A stretch of 64,000 nt of DNA from Sphingobacteriales bacterium (GTDB lineage Bacteria > Bacteroidota > Bacteroidia > UKL13-3): positions 9,899-73,898 of the forward strand of contig JAJTEN010000005.1 in the NCBI GenBank assembly GCA_021298155.1, written 5' to 3'. A model generated the notes under the pieces. That model saw only the letters and a program-made list of their open reading frames with translations, had not been told where the DNA came from and searched no databases. This document shows positions 9,629-19,480 of the stretch, one piece after another. Numbering within the stretch: the stretch's first letter is position 1; each line of letters begins with the position of its first letter. The position numbers and the translations under genes are program-made.

Positions 9629-10615
9629 ATGAGAAAAATTGGGCTTGCTAGTTTGTTGCTTTTAGTGCTTTCTGCTTGTGAAAAGCCAGAAAAACCTTAT
9701 GGTTTGCCACCAAAACCCATAAATGCACCACGAATGATGCAGGTAGATTTGGGCGATAATTATGAGCAACAAACCTTTATAAACTTCACCGATAGTCAAT
9801 TTGTAAAAAACACCATCAACATCAATAGTTGGGATATTGCATTTGATTGCAATCTTGATGTTCATAAGGTTTTAATGAATGGAGGTAAGGGGATTCTCAT
9901 TGGAAAAATTGAATCTTCAGATTTTGTTAAAGATTTAAAACCACGAGATGTTAAATTTAGGTGGGATGCGGCTTCAGGAGGAGATTCTATTGTTATTAAT
10001 AACTGGCATCAAGCCATTAATACCATTTATGTGGTAGATCGAGGTATAGCTGCTGCTGGTGCCGGACAAAGGTATTTTCAATTTAAATTGGTTTTGGGTC
10101 AGGTTCCCGATTTTTGGATAGAGGTAGCCGATATGGCTGGGAAAGTGCTAAAAACAGTGCCAATTAATCGCGTGCCAAATAAAAACTACGTATATTATAA
10201 TTTTGAAGATAATGAGCCCCTAAATTTTGAACCCAATAACGATACCTGGCACTTTTGTTTTTTACCCACCAGATGGATTTACTATGAGTATAATCCGCCG
10301 CTATTATATATTGTTACAGGAATACATATAAACCCAAAAATGCTTTCTGTTGCTACTGATAGTTCTCTGGTTTATGAGAATATAACAGCAAAAGATGTGC
10401 TGAACCTAACATTCGAAAACAGAAGAGATGCCATGGGTTTTGAGTGGAAAATTTATGATTTTGGACAAGGGCGTTATCTAACCCGTAAGTATGTAAACTA
10501 TATTTTTAAAACCAATGAAACTTTGCCTAAGTATTATAAGTTAAGATTTATAGATTTTTATAGCAAACAAGGAATTAAAGGTTCTCCCCGCTTTGAGGTC
10601 TTAGAAATTAAATAG
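9629..10615 (+). CDS. HmuY-like lipoprotein, partner of the TonB-dependent receptor
   Basis: Lipobox LLVLSAC. FINFTD...NSWDIAFDCN...LMNGGKG and the C-terminal YKLRFIDFYS...PRFEV parallel P. gingivalis HmuY (YFSFS...NWDMALHRYD...; ...VQFTDYQ...ITFTY). An alternative ATG at 9608 abuts the receptor stop. Confidence 0.6.
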   Translation: MRKIGLASLLLLVLSACEKPEKPYGLPPKPINAPRMMQVDLGDNYEQQTFINFTDSQFVKNTININSWDIAFDCNLDVHKVLMNGGKGILIGKIESSDFVKDLKPRDVKFRWDAASGGDSIVINNWHQAINTIYVVDRGIAAAGAGQRYFQFKLVLGQVPDFWIEVADMAGKVLKTVPINRVPNKNYVYYNFEDNEPLNFEPNNDTWHFCFLPTRWIYYEYNPPLLYIVTGIHINPKMLSVATDSSLVYENITAKDVLNLTFENRRDAMGFEWKIYDFGQGRYLTRKYVNYIFKTNETLPKYYKLRFIDFYSKQGIKGSPRFEVLEIK

Positions 10616-10633
10616 AGGCTTTGTGTGTTTTGA

Positions 10634-11068
10634 CTAAGCTTTATTAATGATATCCCAACTATGATCTCCTAGTAACTTTACTGAAGCTACATAGTTTCCA
10701 ACTGTTCTGCTTCGCCCCCATTCGGTTGGACCAATAATGGATAGTTTAAAGTGGTCATCTTTTTCATACAGGTGGTATACTTGGCCAATTACTGGCTGAA
10801 AACGCATATCTGAGGTGTAAATATTTTCCGAAACTTTCAGGCGGTTTTCAATTTCCCTTACCTGTTCCATAATTAAATCTGCTTGTTTTTTAAGCAAAGC
10901 CATTTCTTGATTGGCATAATGATGCATAGCTTCAACAGCATTGGCTCTTAGCTTTCCTTTGTCTTCTGCTTTGATGATAGGCGAACCAACACTTAATGGG
11001 ATAGGTGAGAGGTTGGCTGGACCAATGTAGCTTCCGTCTTCGTTTACAAAATTATTTTCCTCAATCAT
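10634..11068 (-). CDS. Conserved hypothetical protein (small, central coiled coil)
   Basis: 144-aa ORF with normal composition and no recognisable catalytic motif. Possibly a Bacteroidota DUF family (not verifiable here). Confidence 0.55.
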   Translation of the reverse strand: MIEENNFVNEDGSYIGPANLSPIPLSVGSPIIKAEDKGKLRANAVEAMHHYANQEMALLKKQADLIMEQVREIENRLKVSENIYTSDMRFQPVIGQVYHLYEKDDHFKLSIIGPTEWGRSRTVGNYVASVKLLGDHSWDIINKA

Positions 11069-11232
11069 GTATTACTAAACCTTTTAATGGGCTCATTGTT
11101 TTTTTAGGGATTCAAAAATATAGGAAAACAGTTTAATTTTTCATGCAAACCGATGCTTGGTAAGCGATGAACGCTTCTTTAAACCCAACGTATTCCTTTA
11201 TTTTTAAACCTTTCTGCATTTCTGAGGTTTAA

Positions 11233-11240
11233 TATGTTTG
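11233..11240 (+). promoter_or_regulatory. Putative -7 box (TAtgTTTG) upstream of ispH
   Basis: TAnnTTTG match 31 nt upstream of the ispH ATG. A second match, TAtcTTTG at 11259-11266, is too close to the ATG unless the mRNA is leaderless. Confidence 0.3.
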
Positions 11241-11270
11241 CTTGATGCAATTAAAATTTATCTTTGAAAC

Positions 11271-12113
11271 ATGAATGTAAGTGTAGAAATCGACAATAAT
11301 TCGGGATTTTGTTTTGGAGTGGTGTTTGCCATTCAAATGGCAGAAGACATATTAAATGAAGAAGGTCATTTATATTGTTTGGGAGATATTGTGCACAACG
11401 ACGAGGAAGTGGCCAGGCTTAAACAGAAAGGCTTGGAGATTATAGACCATGAAACATTTAATACACTAACTCATGCAAAGGTGCTTATTCGTGCGCATGG
11501 TGAACCACCAGAAACATACAAAAAAGCCCTCGACAACCATATAGAGCTAGTTGATGCAAGTTGCCCAGTGGTGTTAAAATTACAACATAGGGTAAGGGAA
11601 GCACATAACAAAGACGAGAAAATACTGATATATGGCAAGCATGGTCATGCCGAGGTTAAAGGATTAGTGGGTCAAACAAACGGAGAGGCCATTGTGGTAG
11701 AAACTTTTGAGGAGTTGGAACAGCATGAATTACCAAAGAAAATTCAATTGTATAGTCAAACCACCAAGCGCACTAAAAATTTATATGCATTAAAAGATAA
11801 ACTAGAGGCGCAAGGCATAGAAGTTAATTTTAACGACACCCTATGCAGACAGGTAAGTAACCGCGATATTCAATTGAGAGATTTTGCCACACGTTTTGAT
11901 AAAATTGTATTTGTTGCTGGCTTAAAATCATCAAATGGCAAAGTGCTTTATGATGTGTGTAAGGACAATAATCCAAATACATTTTTTGTAAGCAATAAAA
12001 ATGAAGTAAAGCCAGAATGGTTTGTAGAAAATGACCGTATTGGAATTTGTGGAGCTACTTCAACACCTCAGTGGCAAATGGAAGAGGTTCGTAATCACAT
12101 ATTGACATTATAA
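11271..12113 (+). CDS. ispH: 4-hydroxy-3-methylbut-2-enyl diphosphate reductase
   Basis: 280 aa. GFCFGV, ...RAHGEPP..., DASCPVV, ...GHAEV.G..., ...CGATSTP motifs of IspH/LytB, with three conserved Cys. Confidence 0.95.
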   Translation: MNVSVEIDNNSGFCFGVVFAIQMAEDILNEEGHLYCLGDIVHNDEEVARLKQKGLEIIDHETFNTLTHAKVLIRAHGEPPETYKKALDNHIELVDASCPVVLKLQHRVREAHNKDEKILIYGKHGHAEVKGLVGQTNGEAIVVETFEELEQHELPKKIQLYSQTTKRTKNLYALKDKLEAQGIEVNFNDTLCRQVSNRDIQLRDFATRFDKIVFVAGLKSSNGKVLYDVCKDNNPNTFFVSNKNEVKPEWFVENDRIGICGATSTPQWQMEEVRNHILTL

Positions 12114-12179
12114 GCGCTAATTCTGCTTGGTTCTTTGCGCGATATTTATTTTATTTCCACCGCATTTTTAAAAATAAAC

Positions 12180-12764
12180 ATGAAAAAATACTTTTATACA
12201 ATACTCGGATTGGTTTTTGCAGGTATATTGATATATAGCTTTTCTGAGACTAAATTTAAAGTTTCAAGATTTAAAGAAATGGCCCCCGCAACTTCATTTC
12301 ATCAATTAAGTATAGTAGGAATTGATGGAAAAACTACTTTAAACATGAAGGACTACAAGGGTAAATTTATTTTATGTGTAAATGTGGCTAGTGAATGTGG
12401 CTATACAAAGCAATATGCTGCTTTACAACAGTTATCAGATACCTATAAAGAAAAATTAGTTATAATTGGTTTTCCATGTAACCAGTTTATGGGGCAAGAG
12501 CCGGGCACAGCAGAAGAAATTCAGCAGTTTTGCAAAAAGAATTATGGTGTAAAATTCCCGCTTACTCAAAAAATTGATGTTAAAGGATCGGCTCAACATC
12601 CCGTCTATGCGTGGCTAACACAAAAGAGCTTGAATGGCAAAGAGGATGTTAATATTAAATGGAATTTCAACAAAATATTAATAGATCCAAATGGCAATTG
12701 GGTGAAATATTATGGCTCAGGCGTTGATCCATTGAGTAAAGAAATTACAGATTATTTAAAGTAA
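12180..12764 (+). CDS. Glutathione peroxidase family protein
   Basis: VNVASECGYTKQY, GFPCNQF and WNFNKILID are the three GPx signature blocks. Start set at the MKKYFY signal-anchor ATG rather than the ORF-track 12135. Confidence 0.93.
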   Translation: MKKYFYTILGLVFAGILIYSFSETKFKVSRFKEMAPATSFHQLSIVGIDGKTTLNMKDYKGKFILCVNVASECGYTKQYAALQQLSDTYKEKLVIIGFPCNQFMGQEPGTAEEIQQFCKKNYGVKFPLTQKIDVKGSAQHPVYAWLTQKSLNGKEDVNIKWNFNKILIDPNGNWVKYYGSGVDPLSKEITDYLK

Positions 12765-12784
12765 TTGTAGGCTGTTTAGCACAT

Positions 12785-12827
12785 AAAAAAAGGGTGAAAA
12801 TAAACGTTTATTTTCACCCTTTTTTTA
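12785..12827. terminator. Bidirectional terminator
   Basis: Near-perfect palindrome agggtgaaaataaa-cg-tttattttcaccct flanked by A7 and T7, between convergent genes. Confidence 0.75.
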
Positions 12828-12840
12828 TGGCATCAAATGC

Positions 12841-14310
12841 TTAGACACCCCTGAAATTAGAAAAATTAAATTTGAGTCCGAAGAAAATATCTCCACCACG
12901 TATATTTCTCAATCCCACCATTTCTAGCAGGTGGTTGGTGCCAATGTAAAAAGGACCATACCTGTAATAGAAGCCCATAACTGGATATTGATATTCAATT
13001 AAACTAACAGGTACTCCCCATTCATATTTAAGTTTTTCATAGCGGGTAGTTAAACTTAATATATTTGGAGATAGCAAACTAACAGCTCCTGGAATGGGTA
13101 TTCTTTGTGATCCTGAGAAGTTGAAAAACAAGTTCTTTTTGTAATTATAATCGAATTGAAATTGGAAGCGCGTAGCTGTATAATGGGTATATGCATCGCC
13201 TAAATCGAAGTTTACCCCTGGATTGCCAGAAAAATCAAACTGCAATCTTCTATCCAAAGCAAATAGTCCTTTATAGAACTCTAAATCCAAATTTTTGGTT
13301 GGACCATTTGCATTAGCATAACTTGTGGTAACAGTTTGATTATTGAAATCAATTTTACCAATATCCATGATGGCCAATCCTAATTTCCACTTGTACTCTT
13401 GAAATTCTCTGACTCTACCACCATATCTAATATTCGGACAAACAGTCATAACGGTTGGTCTAGATTTTCTTTTTCGCATGTAGGTATACCCAATATCAAA
13501 TGCAAATCCTTTGCCCCTAGACTCCATTAATTCGGCTACTTTACCAGATTTGGTAGCAGCATAATTAAATCTCAAATTTCCATCAGTCATTAATAAGGAT
13601 GAGTCGCCAAAGAACGACCAAGTAGTTCCCCCCATATCTGTGATGTTGATGGAGTTGATGCCATTCAAGTAATGGGCGCTAATTCCAATTCTTTGATTAG
13701 ATTTATAGGTGTTTACTATTTCATAAGAGTAATTAAAAGCAATGTCAGTGTATACCAATGTGCTTGAGGTTGCCTTGTTCCAATCAAAGGTTTTGCCAAC
13801 TAAGTCTAGTGTTGAACCACCTTTTAGCAAAAATATGGATAATTCTGGGGTGAGGTTAACTGTTCCCAAGCCGGTTTTGAAGGCAGTGGTTACCCCATAA
13901 GAATGTTTTTTATAATTGATTAATACAGATGGTCCGTAAATAGTGGCATCTGCAAAAATATAGTTTCTATCTTTTAAGCTACGTTGAATGTTAAAAACCC
14001 TATCGAAAGTTTCATTCATACTTTCTTTTTCGCCAGTTGAAGACTTTCCGGTAAACGATTTAAAGATTTCTGGCGAAAATAAAGTTGGAATGGGTTTTGG
14101 ATTAAGGTAAAAACCATTGTTAAGTAAACCAGCTGAAACAGAGAACAGCATAAAATCGGTTCCATTGTTTAAATAGTTTGTATTGGCTGGATTTACAGTT
14201 ATTCCCATAACACCTGCTAAATTGCTGGTTGGCATTCCGGTTTGGAATTGCCCGTAACTTTGGTTTAACCCCAAGCCTAAAAGTGTAAGTACAAATATTA
14301 GTTTCTTCAT
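12841..14310 (-). CDS. Predicted outer-membrane beta-barrel protein (function unknown)
   Basis: Signal peptide MKKLIFVLTLLGLGLNQSYGQ, alternating beta-strand pattern throughout, aromatic-rich C-terminus ...FFGLKFNFSNFRGV. Start moved to the ATG at 14310. Confidence 0.65.
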   Translation of the reverse strand: MKKLIFVLTLLGLGLNQSYGQFQTGMPTSNLAGVMGITVNPANTNYLNNGTDFMLFSVSAGLLNNGFYLNPKPIPTLFSPEIFKSFTGKSSTGEKESMNETFDRVFNIQRSLKDRNYIFADATIYGPSVLINYKKHSYGVTTAFKTGLGTVNLTPELSIFLLKGGSTLDLVGKTFDWNKATSSTLVYTDIAFNYSYEIVNTYKSNQRIGISAHYLNGINSINITDMGGTTWSFFGDSSLLMTDGNLRFNYAATKSGKVAELMESRGKGFAFDIGYTYMRKRKSRPTVMTVCPNIRYGGRVREFQEYKWKLGLAIMDIGKIDFNNQTVTTSYANANGPTKNLDLEFYKGLFALDRRLQFDFSGNPGVNFDLGDAYTHYTATRFQFQFDYNYKKNLFFNFSGSQRIPIPGAVSLLSPNILSLTTRYEKLKYEWGVPVSLIEYQYPVMGFYYRYGPFYIGTNHLLEMVGLRNIRGGDIFFGLKFNFSNFRGV

Positions 14311-14356
14311 TATTACTAGGTGGGTATAGGTTCCATAGTTTTTGATTGGTGCAAAG

Positions 14357-15037
14357 TTACGCAGCAAAAGCTATACTCGCAATACTTAGCCTACAATCAG
14401 CCTTTTTTATTATCTCTAGTCCGCAACTTTCTATGGTTGCGCCAGTAGTTATTACATCATCAACCAAGAGAATATGTTTTTTGTTTAATGCATCAACATT
14501 TTTAACGTAAAAAATAGATGAAACATTTTTCCAACGTTCGCTTCTCGATTTTTTTGTTTGAGTATCAGTGGCTTTAGTTCTCTCCACAACAGAACTCAAA
14601 TTTTCAATTCCCAATCCAATTGCGATTCCCTCTGCAAAGGCGAAACTTTGGTTATATCCTCTTTTTTTTAATTTACTTGGATGCAAAGGTATAGCAATTA
14701 TTGCATCAATTCCATGATTTTGAGCAGTTTGTTTTATTCTTTGGGCATATAATTCACCCAAATACCGCGCTAATTCTTCATTTCCTTTATATTTTAATTC
14801 ATGTAATAAGCGTTGTGTTACGCCTTTTTGATTAAAATAAAGGAAAGAAAAGGCCCGTTGGAATGGAATTCTGCCCCACATGGTTTTTTCAACGCTATTT
14901 TCAAGAATCAAATGGTCGTTTGTTTCTGGCAGGGTTAATTGGCAGCCTAAACACAAATATCGCTCGGTTTGAACCAAAGATTTATTGCAGTTAATGCACA
15001 AATTGGGGTAGAGTAAATGAAGTAAATGTTTCAGCAT
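14357..15037 (-). CDS. ComF family protein (phosphoribosyltransferase domain)
   Basis: N-terminal CxxC...CxxC zinc-finger-like pattern (CINCNKS...CLGC) and the PRTase motif ILLVDDVITTGAT. Confidence 0.85.
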   Translation of the reverse strand: MLKHLLHLLYPNLCINCNKSLVQTERYLCLGCQLTLPETNDHLILENSVEKTMWGRIPFQRAFSFLYFNQKGVTQRLLHELKYKGNEELARYLGELYAQRIKQTAQNHGIDAIIAIPLHPSKLKKRGYNQSFAFAEGIAIGLGIENLSSVVERTKATDTQTKKSRSERWKNVSSIFYVKNVDALNKKHILLVDDVITTGATIESCGLEIIKKADCRLSIASIAFAA

Positions 15038-15217
15038 TTCAAACGTATCAGGGTTTACCTAACAACAAGTATACTAAAAAAGCTTGATTTTTAATATAGT
15101 ACAACGACTATTTTTTCATACAATCAACAAACCTAGAAGTAAAACTGGCGTTTTTATCTATCTGTGTGATTTTTTTTAAGTTAACTTTGATAAGGCAAAT
15201 TTAAAAGTTTACAGGCA

Positions 15218-15727
15218 TTGAATTCACCGGCTAAAATAGTCTATTTTATCTTTTGCATGTTCCTATTTTTAGGGGCTAGAGAAAAGGGTTACGACCGAAT
15301 TGATGGGTATAAAAATGGACTTGCAAAAGTATATAAAGGCAAATGTGTAGGCTATATAAATACACAAGGTGAAGAAGTCATTCGATGTAGGTATCATTTC
15401 ATATCCGATTTTATTGCGGGTTTGGCTAAGGTCATGATTGACAAAAAGTATGGATATATTTCTGTACAAGATGAAGTTATTGTGCCAATTAAATACGACT
15501 ATATTGGTCCGTTTAAGAAGGGTTTAGCCCAAGTGATGATAAAGGGGCAATTTGGAATTATTAATACAATTGGGGAAGAAATTATCCCTGTAAAATATGA
15601 TGAAATAGGTGAGTTTAATGCGCAAGGCGAAGCGAAGGTGCGCATAAAAAAGTTGGAAGGAAAAATTAATTGCGAAGGCACGGAGGTTGTCCCTGTTTAT
15701 AAAAACTACGCCATAGAGGAAGAATAG
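15218..15727 (+). CDS. WG/KWG-repeat protein
   Basis: Four to five ~35-aa repeats of the form G(L/E)AKV...(K)YGYI...GEE(V/I)IP.KYD.I..F. TTG start in the ORF track; an ATG alternative lies at 15257. Confidence 0.72.
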   Translation: MNSPAKIVYFIFCMFLFLGAREKGYDRIDGYKNGLAKVYKGKCVGYINTQGEEVIRCRYHFISDFIAGLAKVMIDKKYGYISVQDEVIVPIKYDYIGPFKKGLAQVMIKGQFGIINTIGEEIIPVKYDEIGEFNAQGEAKVRIKKLEGKINCEGTEVVPVYKNYAIEEE

Positions 15728-15756
15728 TAAATTTTTTGCTATTTTCGCATCTAGTC

Positions 15757-17235
15757 ATGTTAAAGCAAGGTTTACAACAAAGTCAGTTACAGAAGCTCTC
15801 CCCGCAACAAATTCAGTTTATTAAGTTGTTGCAGCTCAACTCTGTTGATATTCTTCAACGCATCGATCAGGAATTAATAGAGAACCCTGCACTTTTAAAT
15901 GCTACAGATCCTGATGCTGCACCTGATGAAACTGCACCTATTTCTGAAAGTGAGTTGGCAACACAAGATGAAGAGCCCAAAGACCTTACTGTAGATGATT
16001 TCTTGGCAGATGAATCTTTTGATGTAAAAGACTATGTGAATGATGAATATGATCCAGAGGGTTTTCACTTAAGCGATGAGGGAGATGAAGGTAAAAAAGA
16101 AAGGCCTTTAACTGAATCACATTCTTTTCATGAAGAGTTAATGGAGCAATTTTCCGCCATTGCTGATAGTGATAGGGAGCTTACTATTGGGAATCAAATT
16201 ATTGGTTCAATTGATGATGATGGATATTTGCGTAGGCCATTGGAAGCCATTGCAAATGACCTAGCTTTTTCAATGAATGTGGACGCGAATTTAGATGAGT
16301 TAAAAAAAGTTCTGCAAAAAGTTCAAACACTTGAGCCTGCTGGTATTGGCGCTATAAGTTTGCAAGAGTGTTTGTTGTTACAACTAAGGCGAAAAGATCA
16401 ACGCAATAGGCATATTCAACTAGCCATACAAATTTTAACACAGTATTTCGATGATTTTACAAAGAAGCATTACGAAAAATTGACGCGCTCTCTTAAAATA
16501 GATGAGTCTGAATTAAAATCTATTATACAGGTAATTACAAAATTAAATCCGAAGCCGGGCGAGTCTATAGACAATTCTGCCATACAATATATTACGCCAG
16601 ATTTTATTTTAATTGAAGAGTTAGGTAGATTGGTTGTTCATTTAAATTCTCGCAATGCTCCAGACCTCCGTATTAGCAGGGGTTATCTTGAAACCCTCAA
16701 AGGTTTTGATGGTGCAAAGGCGCCTACCCGTGAACAAAAAGAAACGGTTCAGTTTATTAAACAAAAGTTAGATGGCGCGCGTTGGTTTATTGAAAGTATT
16801 AAGCAAAGACATAATACCTTGCTCAATACTATGAATGCAATTCTTCATTTTCAATATAAGTTTTTTGTAGAAGGTGACGAGTCGTTTCTAAGGCCAATGA
16901 TTTTAAAAGATATTGCGGAAATTACTCAGCTAGATATTTCTACTATTAGTCGCGTTGCCAATAGCAAATACGTGCAAACGGAATGGGGTACATTCCCGCT
17001 TAAATATTTCTTTAGTGAAGGAATTCAAACAGATGATGGGGAAGAGGTAAGTAGCAGAGAGGTGAAGAAGATATTAAAAGAAGCCATTGAAGGAGAAGAA
17101 AAATCTAAACCATTACCAGACGAACGTTTGATGGAAATATTGAAAGAGAAAGGATATAATATTGCCCGCAGAACTGTAGCGAAGTACAGAGAACAAATGA
17201 ATATTCCTGTGGCAAGATTGCGCAAGGAAATCTAA
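15757..17235 (+). CDS. rpoN: RNA polymerase sigma-54 factor
   Basis: MLKQGLQQSQLQKLSPQQIQFIKLLQL (region I), acidic region II, and a C-terminal RpoN box ...ARRTVAKYRE. Start set at the ATG at 15757. Confidence 0.95.
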   Translation: MLKQGLQQSQLQKLSPQQIQFIKLLQLNSVDILQRIDQELIENPALLNATDPDAAPDETAPISESELATQDEEPKDLTVDDFLADESFDVKDYVNDEYDPEGFHLSDEGDEGKKERPLTESHSFHEELMEQFSAIADSDRELTIGNQIIGSIDDDGYLRRPLEAIANDLAFSMNVDANLDELKKVLQKVQTLEPAGIGAISLQECLLLQLRRKDQRNRHIQLAIQILTQYFDDFTKKHYEKLTRSLKIDESELKSIIQVITKLNPKPGESIDNSAIQYITPDFILIEELGRLVVHLNSRNAPDLRISRGYLETLKGFDGAKAPTREQKETVQFIKQKLDGARWFIESIKQRHNTLLNTMNAILHFQYKFFVEGDESFLRPMILKDIAEITQLDISTISRVANSKYVQTEWGTFPLKYFFSEGIQTDDGEEVSSREVKKILKEAIEGEEKSKPLPDERLMEILKEKGYNIARRTVAKYREQMNIPVARLRKEI

Positions 17236-17547
17236 CTAAATATTTACTTCTTCTAGTAAAGTTCTGAACGCAATGAATTTTCCTCCAAATTTTTGCATGC
17301 CATCTGCTTGCAAACTTGGGGCAAATTCAGATTGATAGCGCTCATAATCTGCCATAGTTTTGCATGTATATTGTATTGCGTAGGTAGTGCCTGTTTCATC
17401 CTCTTGTCTGCTCAAAAGTTTCAGCATTCTATAGCTAGTAAATAATCCACAATTCATTACATCACTTAAGTGTTTTTGTTGCATCCAATTTAACCAATCT
17501 TGGTGAATGCTATCCTCAACATTCACAGTAACATTATATACAATCAT
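17236..17547 (-). CDS. Small conserved protein (DUF4286-like)
   Basis: 103 aa. MIVYNVTVNVEDSIHQDWLNWM...H matches my recollection of the DUF4286 family. The stop abuts the rpoN stop directly. Confidence 0.65.
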   Translation of the reverse strand: MIVYNVTVNVEDSIHQDWLNWMQQKHLSDVMNCGLFTSYRMLKLLSRQEDETGTTYAIQYTCKTMADYERYQSEFAPSLQADGMQKFGGKFIAFRTLLEEVNI

Positions 17548-17553
17548 TCAATT

Positions 17554-19380
17554 TTAATTTATTTGATCTCCGCGTAAAATTCTATATTGTTTTCTTACAT
17601 CCGTTAAGAAGAAACTTCCCGCATAATTTTCAATAAAGAGCTCATAATATTTAAGTGCCTCCTTAGGATTATTGAGTTGTTTTTGATGCAATTTTGCCAG
17701 TTCATATAAAGCATTATCGCCCATTATGTCTGAACCAAAATCTTTGTATACTTTTTCATAATAGCTTGCTGCTTTTTCATAATTTTTAGTGCTCGTAAAA
17801 ATCTGTGCTTTTTTAAATAAAATGTCATCAGTAAGCGCATGCTGAGGAAATAAAATAATGAGGCTATCTAAAATTTCAAGGGCACGGATATAGTTTTTTT
17901 GTACAAAATTTAAGTCGGCATGTGCAAACAATTGCAGCGGTTCTAAAATACTATCTATGGTATTGTCTTGAATAAGTAAAGAGAGCTCTAAGGCATTATT
18001 TGCTATGAGTTGGGTGGTGGCCGTTTTAAGCACATCTAATTGGGCTTTAGCCCAATCAAATTCACCTAAATAGTAGCTTAATTTTGCATTTCTTAATTTG
18101 GCTTCCTGACCCAAAGGTTCTTGTAAAAAGTCTTTATCCACTTGGCCATACAATAAAAGTGCCTCCCAAACCTCACCCTTCATTACATAAAAATCGGCCA
18201 GTTCTAATTTTATGGTGGCCTGTAAAATTCTATCAATACGCGGCATATTGATAAGTTCTTCGTAAAGTTGAATGGCAGTTTGATAGTGATTTAGGTAATA
18301 AGCTTCTAAATTAGCTAAACTTTTTATGGTGACTGCTGTATTGGGGTTTCTGCCTAATTCTTTTAATACCAAATTGTATTCGTTTGCCAATGTTTGTAAT
18401 TCAATTTGGGTATAGTTCCCAGCTAATATTTTTTTACTTCTTGCCTCTAATTCAGAACTTTTGGCATAAGTATAAAAAGGTTTATCTGCGCCTAAATCAG
18501 TTACTGTTTTAAAAATTTGTATGGCAGCGTCAAATTGTTCATTTGCCATGGCTAAAAACCCCAATTCAATTATTCGTCGGCCTTCTTCTCTGTATTTTTT
18601 ATCTAAGTTTTTGGTATAAAAGAGCGCCATGGCATATTCATTCTTTTGCACAAACATCCATATCAGCATTTCATTAAAAATGGTTCTATCTGGAAATTGT
18701 TTATTTCGCTTGAGTAAACTTTGTTTTAAAAGGTCAAAATCGGCACTATTATCTAAACTATTTTGCAATAAGCCCTGAATTTCATTAACGGTTGATTCAT
18801 CTAGCACAAGCACATTTAAAAACTCTTCAATCATCATTTTCTTATCGCCCAATTCTAAATATATGCCACCCAACTCATTGGCAAAAATGAGTTCATTGCG
18901 CAACAAAGATCTACCCTTTAAATAAGCTTGTACGGCAAATCCTTTCTCATTTCGTTTTTCTAGGGCTTTGGCCAGTTCAAAGACAGAAGATTCATTAGGA
19001 TTTAATTTTTGGATCAGCCCATTTATTTGGGATATGGCTTGTTGGTCTTCTTGTTGTAACCTATGGAGATAGGCAATATCTACTAAAAATAATGCTTGAT
19101 TTTCGAATCTTTTACTTTGTTTTTTGCTTAGCTTTTCTGCCTGATTAAATTCTTTTAATTGGATGTAACAATTCAACAGGTTCTCATAAAAATAGACAGA
19201 TTTCTGATTTTTACTTAGTAGTTTTTCATACATATCAGCAGCTTTTGAAAATTCTTTATTGGCATAAAACTGAGCGGCTAATTCTTCATCGGCTAGTTGG
19301 CATGTTCCTTGATTTGCACTCAAAATGAGCATCAAAAAACAAATACAAATTACAACCAAATTCTTTGTGTTACTCCACAT
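17554..19380 (-). CDS. Tetratricopeptide-repeat protein with N-terminal signal/anchor
   Basis: Repeated A..Y......Y..A TPR pattern along about 600 aa. Start moved to MWSNTKNLVVICICFLMLILSA (ATG at 19380), because the longer ORF would overlap the divergent flippase gene. Confidence 0.8.
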   Translation of the reverse strand: MWSNTKNLVVICICFLMLILSANQGTCQLADEELAAQFYANKEFSKAADMYEKLLSKNQKSVYFYENLLNCYIQLKEFNQAEKLSKKQSKRFENQALFLVDIAYLHRLQQEDQQAISQINGLIQKLNPNESSVFELAKALEKRNEKGFAVQAYLKGRSLLRNELIFANELGGIYLELGDKKMMIEEFLNVLVLDESTVNEIQGLLQNSLDNSADFDLLKQSLLKRNKQFPDRTIFNEMLIWMFVQKNEYAMALFYTKNLDKKYREEGRRIIELGFLAMANEQFDAAIQIFKTVTDLGADKPFYTYAKSSELEARSKKILAGNYTQIELQTLANEYNLVLKELGRNPNTAVTIKSLANLEAYYLNHYQTAIQLYEELINMPRIDRILQATIKLELADFYVMKGEVWEALLLYGQVDKDFLQEPLGQEAKLRNAKLSYYLGEFDWAKAQLDVLKTATTQLIANNALELSLLIQDNTIDSILEPLQLFAHADLNFVQKNYIRALEILDSLIILFPQHALTDDILFKKAQIFTSTKNYEKAASYYEKVYKDFGSDIMGDNALYELAKLHQKQLNNPKEALKYYELFIENYAGSFFLTDVRKQYRILRGDQIN

Positions 19381-19480
19381 ACTGATAGAAAGTAACGAAA
19401 ATAACTTTTTGTTTCTTATTTTTGAGTAGAAAGTTAATTTAACTATTTCAAAAATGATTATTTGAGTAATATTGTAAACT

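Noticed and set aside
10247-10261. TGGCAC, a sigma-54 -24-like element, checked because rpoN is present. Other TGGCAC/GTGCCA occurrences were checked too.
   Set aside because: The required TTGC(A/T) is not present 5 nt downstream (here TGGCAC-ttttg-tttt), and the sites are intragenic.
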